DNA of 64,000 nucleotides from Magallana gigas. Lineage: Eukaryota. Positions 61,886 to 64,000 of this stretch are shown piece by piece; positions within the stretch are counted from its first letter, which is position 1, and the number at the start of each line of letters is the position of its first letter. Position numbers and translations under genes: made by a program. Location: contig NC_088858.1 in NCBI RefSeq assembly GCF_963853765.1, positions 32,922,001 through 32,986,000 on the forward strand. The letters run 5' to 3'. Under the pieces are notes generated by a model, which saw only the letters and a program-made list of their open reading frames with translations, was not told where the DNA came from and did no database searches.

Positions 61886-64000
61886 TTTCTCAGTATTACA
61901 AAATAAAAGTCACCAGGGTTTTCTATTCCTCTCTACGCGTTTATTGATAAACCGTCTTTTGATGATAGTAATATCTAAACCGCTGTGATTACTTTTATCT
62001 GGGGCTTCATTTAGAAAGAACAGGGGAACAAATAAAAGTAGACCGCGTGTCGTATTGATGTCTTATATCTATTATAAGAAAAAGAGAGTTGTCAACTCAG
62101 TTGACAAGATACAAAATATCGATCTGAAAAGTTATTGTCAAACTGCAAGCTATAAAAAAGTGTATTGTTCATTGGAATGAGATTCTTTTATAGAGAATCT
62201 TCAGAATTATTTTCGTTTACCGAGAAGTCTTATGATTGAAAAGGAACTTAAGGCAAAGAGAACAGGCTATTTCTATTAAATCAAACCGCATCGGAATGGA
62301 AGTGGAACGATCCCATTAAGTGTTCCGTACTAGTTAGGGTTTGGAAAATTTGTATGAATACAGTTAAAGACAGTTGATCGCTACAATGAAATCATACATT
62401 CAACAAATATATCTTAAGCAGATTTATAAAAAAAAAACAAGCAGGCGTCTATATCTACATCTCGAACACACTTCGTCCGTTTTGTATTTCGTAAGAAATG
62501 TATGTTTTTTGAAAGTTATTTACTTGCTACGAATAAACTTTTAATTACAGCTACAGGCGTTTGCTTTAGACGATCTCGCTCTGTATGCTGTTTTGATGCT
62601 ATTAATGGTCTGTTTCTATGTCAGATTCAAGGAAGAATGTTAGAATACATTATCATGCGATAGCATAAATTGGAATGTAGTGTTAAACGCAAAAAAAAAC
62701 AATAATGGAACATAAATACCATATTTTCTGCAAAATCAGTCCCAGAAAAACCCAAAATTATGTTTCAAATATAAGTCTTTTAAAATATCAATACACTGGA
62801 ATATTTAACTGTTCAAAAACTCAATCTATTTCTTCACATCGTTCCACTGTAAAGAGGCAGAAAAATATTCATATTCATCATTTCTCAAGGGGATTTTATG
62901 TAATTTAGTTTCAAGACTTTTTTCAATAAATTCATATAAATAAAGCATTCTCATCTTAATGGGTTATTCTAGAGCAATTCATTTTGGCTTTTTAATATAG
63001 TGTGCCAAATTGCAGATACAGTAGTGAAACAATAAAATATGTTATGAGTTGCAGAGCAGTGAAGAAAATAAGAAAAATTGTAAGCTTGAAAATTGCTACA
63101 TTTTATCGATTTATGTAAATGAAAGACACTTTTCACCATTAAATCATAGCTCAATGCTTCATCATATTCCTTTTTGAGGAGCTGATTAGTTCTGTACCAA
63201 AAATGATTTTTTTTAACACCAGGATGAACCAAGATGAATGATTTATTTTCAAGACTAACAGAATATATACAAGCCAAGAAACATGATATTAACTAATGAT
63301 AAATGACCAGCCAGAATCACAAATCTAAAAAAAAAAAGAAGACTAAATATGAAATATTTGGTTGTGGGTTTCCTACAACAACAAAAATTGCCATTGCTAC
63401 CCTACACTACAAAAGGGATAGTAAGTGTGTGGACATCCCCCCCCCCCCAACTTGGCATCATTTACGAGGTTAAAGTTTTTGAAAAATAGAATTAAAGATT
63501 AAATCCATTTCTACATGTTGATCTTTTTTTATCATTAAATTTCGTCGGCTTTTTAAAATTCGTCATTTTTGTACGTTTGAATTCAGCACAATATGTTTCC
63601 CCCAAAAATCATTCACAGTATTTTTTTTCAAATTTTACACTTATGAACATTGAAAGTATATTTTTCTGTTTTGTAATTTTAAATTAAAAAAAATAAATGT
63701 TCCAAAAACCCCCCCAAAAAACCAAACCAGAAAACATGTAATTTTTTCTTCAGTTTTTACATTAATGAACAGTTCTTTATATAGAAAAAATTAAGTGACG
63801 GCGATTCATTTATTAATTTAATAAAACATCAAAGAAAAACGAAATATCAAATAGAACTTTTAACTAATTGCAAAAACGGTTTAAAATTAGGTTTCTATCA
63901 AAGAAATATTAACATGAATGTGAAATGTGCTTTTACGTTCATGGCGTTTTAATTGGCGACCATTTTCCTATCTCTATCTATTTTTTACGGTTAATTTGCT

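Overview
AT-rich, intron-containing animal genomic DNA. The repeat families and gene content suggest a bivalve mollusc, probably an oyster (inference, not verified). I assembled the gene models by hand from GT/GC-AG boundaries with phase-consistent reading frames. In order: the 5' part of a secreted/membrane multi-C-type-lectin gene (-, runs off the left edge); a decayed Hero-type (RLE) non-LTR retrotransposon interrupted by a Harbinger-like MITE; an orphan ~656-aa gene with 30-aa repeats (-) head-to-head with UBR7 (+); an intronless RING/TRAF-zinc-finger E3 ligase with an unrecognised C-terminal domain (+); AHSA1 (+) with a perfect heat-shock element and two odd splice features; two divergently transcribed paralogous Gly/Tyr-rich membrane-anchored proteins that share a promoter motif; a small secreted 8-Cys single-VWC protein (-) divergent from a partial ML/GM2A-like gene (+); a decayed Thr-rich mucin-like tract; and a tentative SEA-like multi-exon gene (-). 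Intergenic and intronic DNA is dense with non-autonomous DNA elements (hAT, Kolobok-like, TA-TSD MITEs, GCGAAGC-capped foldbacks), truncated LINE tails and microsatellites. I found no rRNA, intact tRNA or CRISPR array. No database searches were run, so 'orphan' and 'unrecognised' mean only that I did not recognise the sequence.
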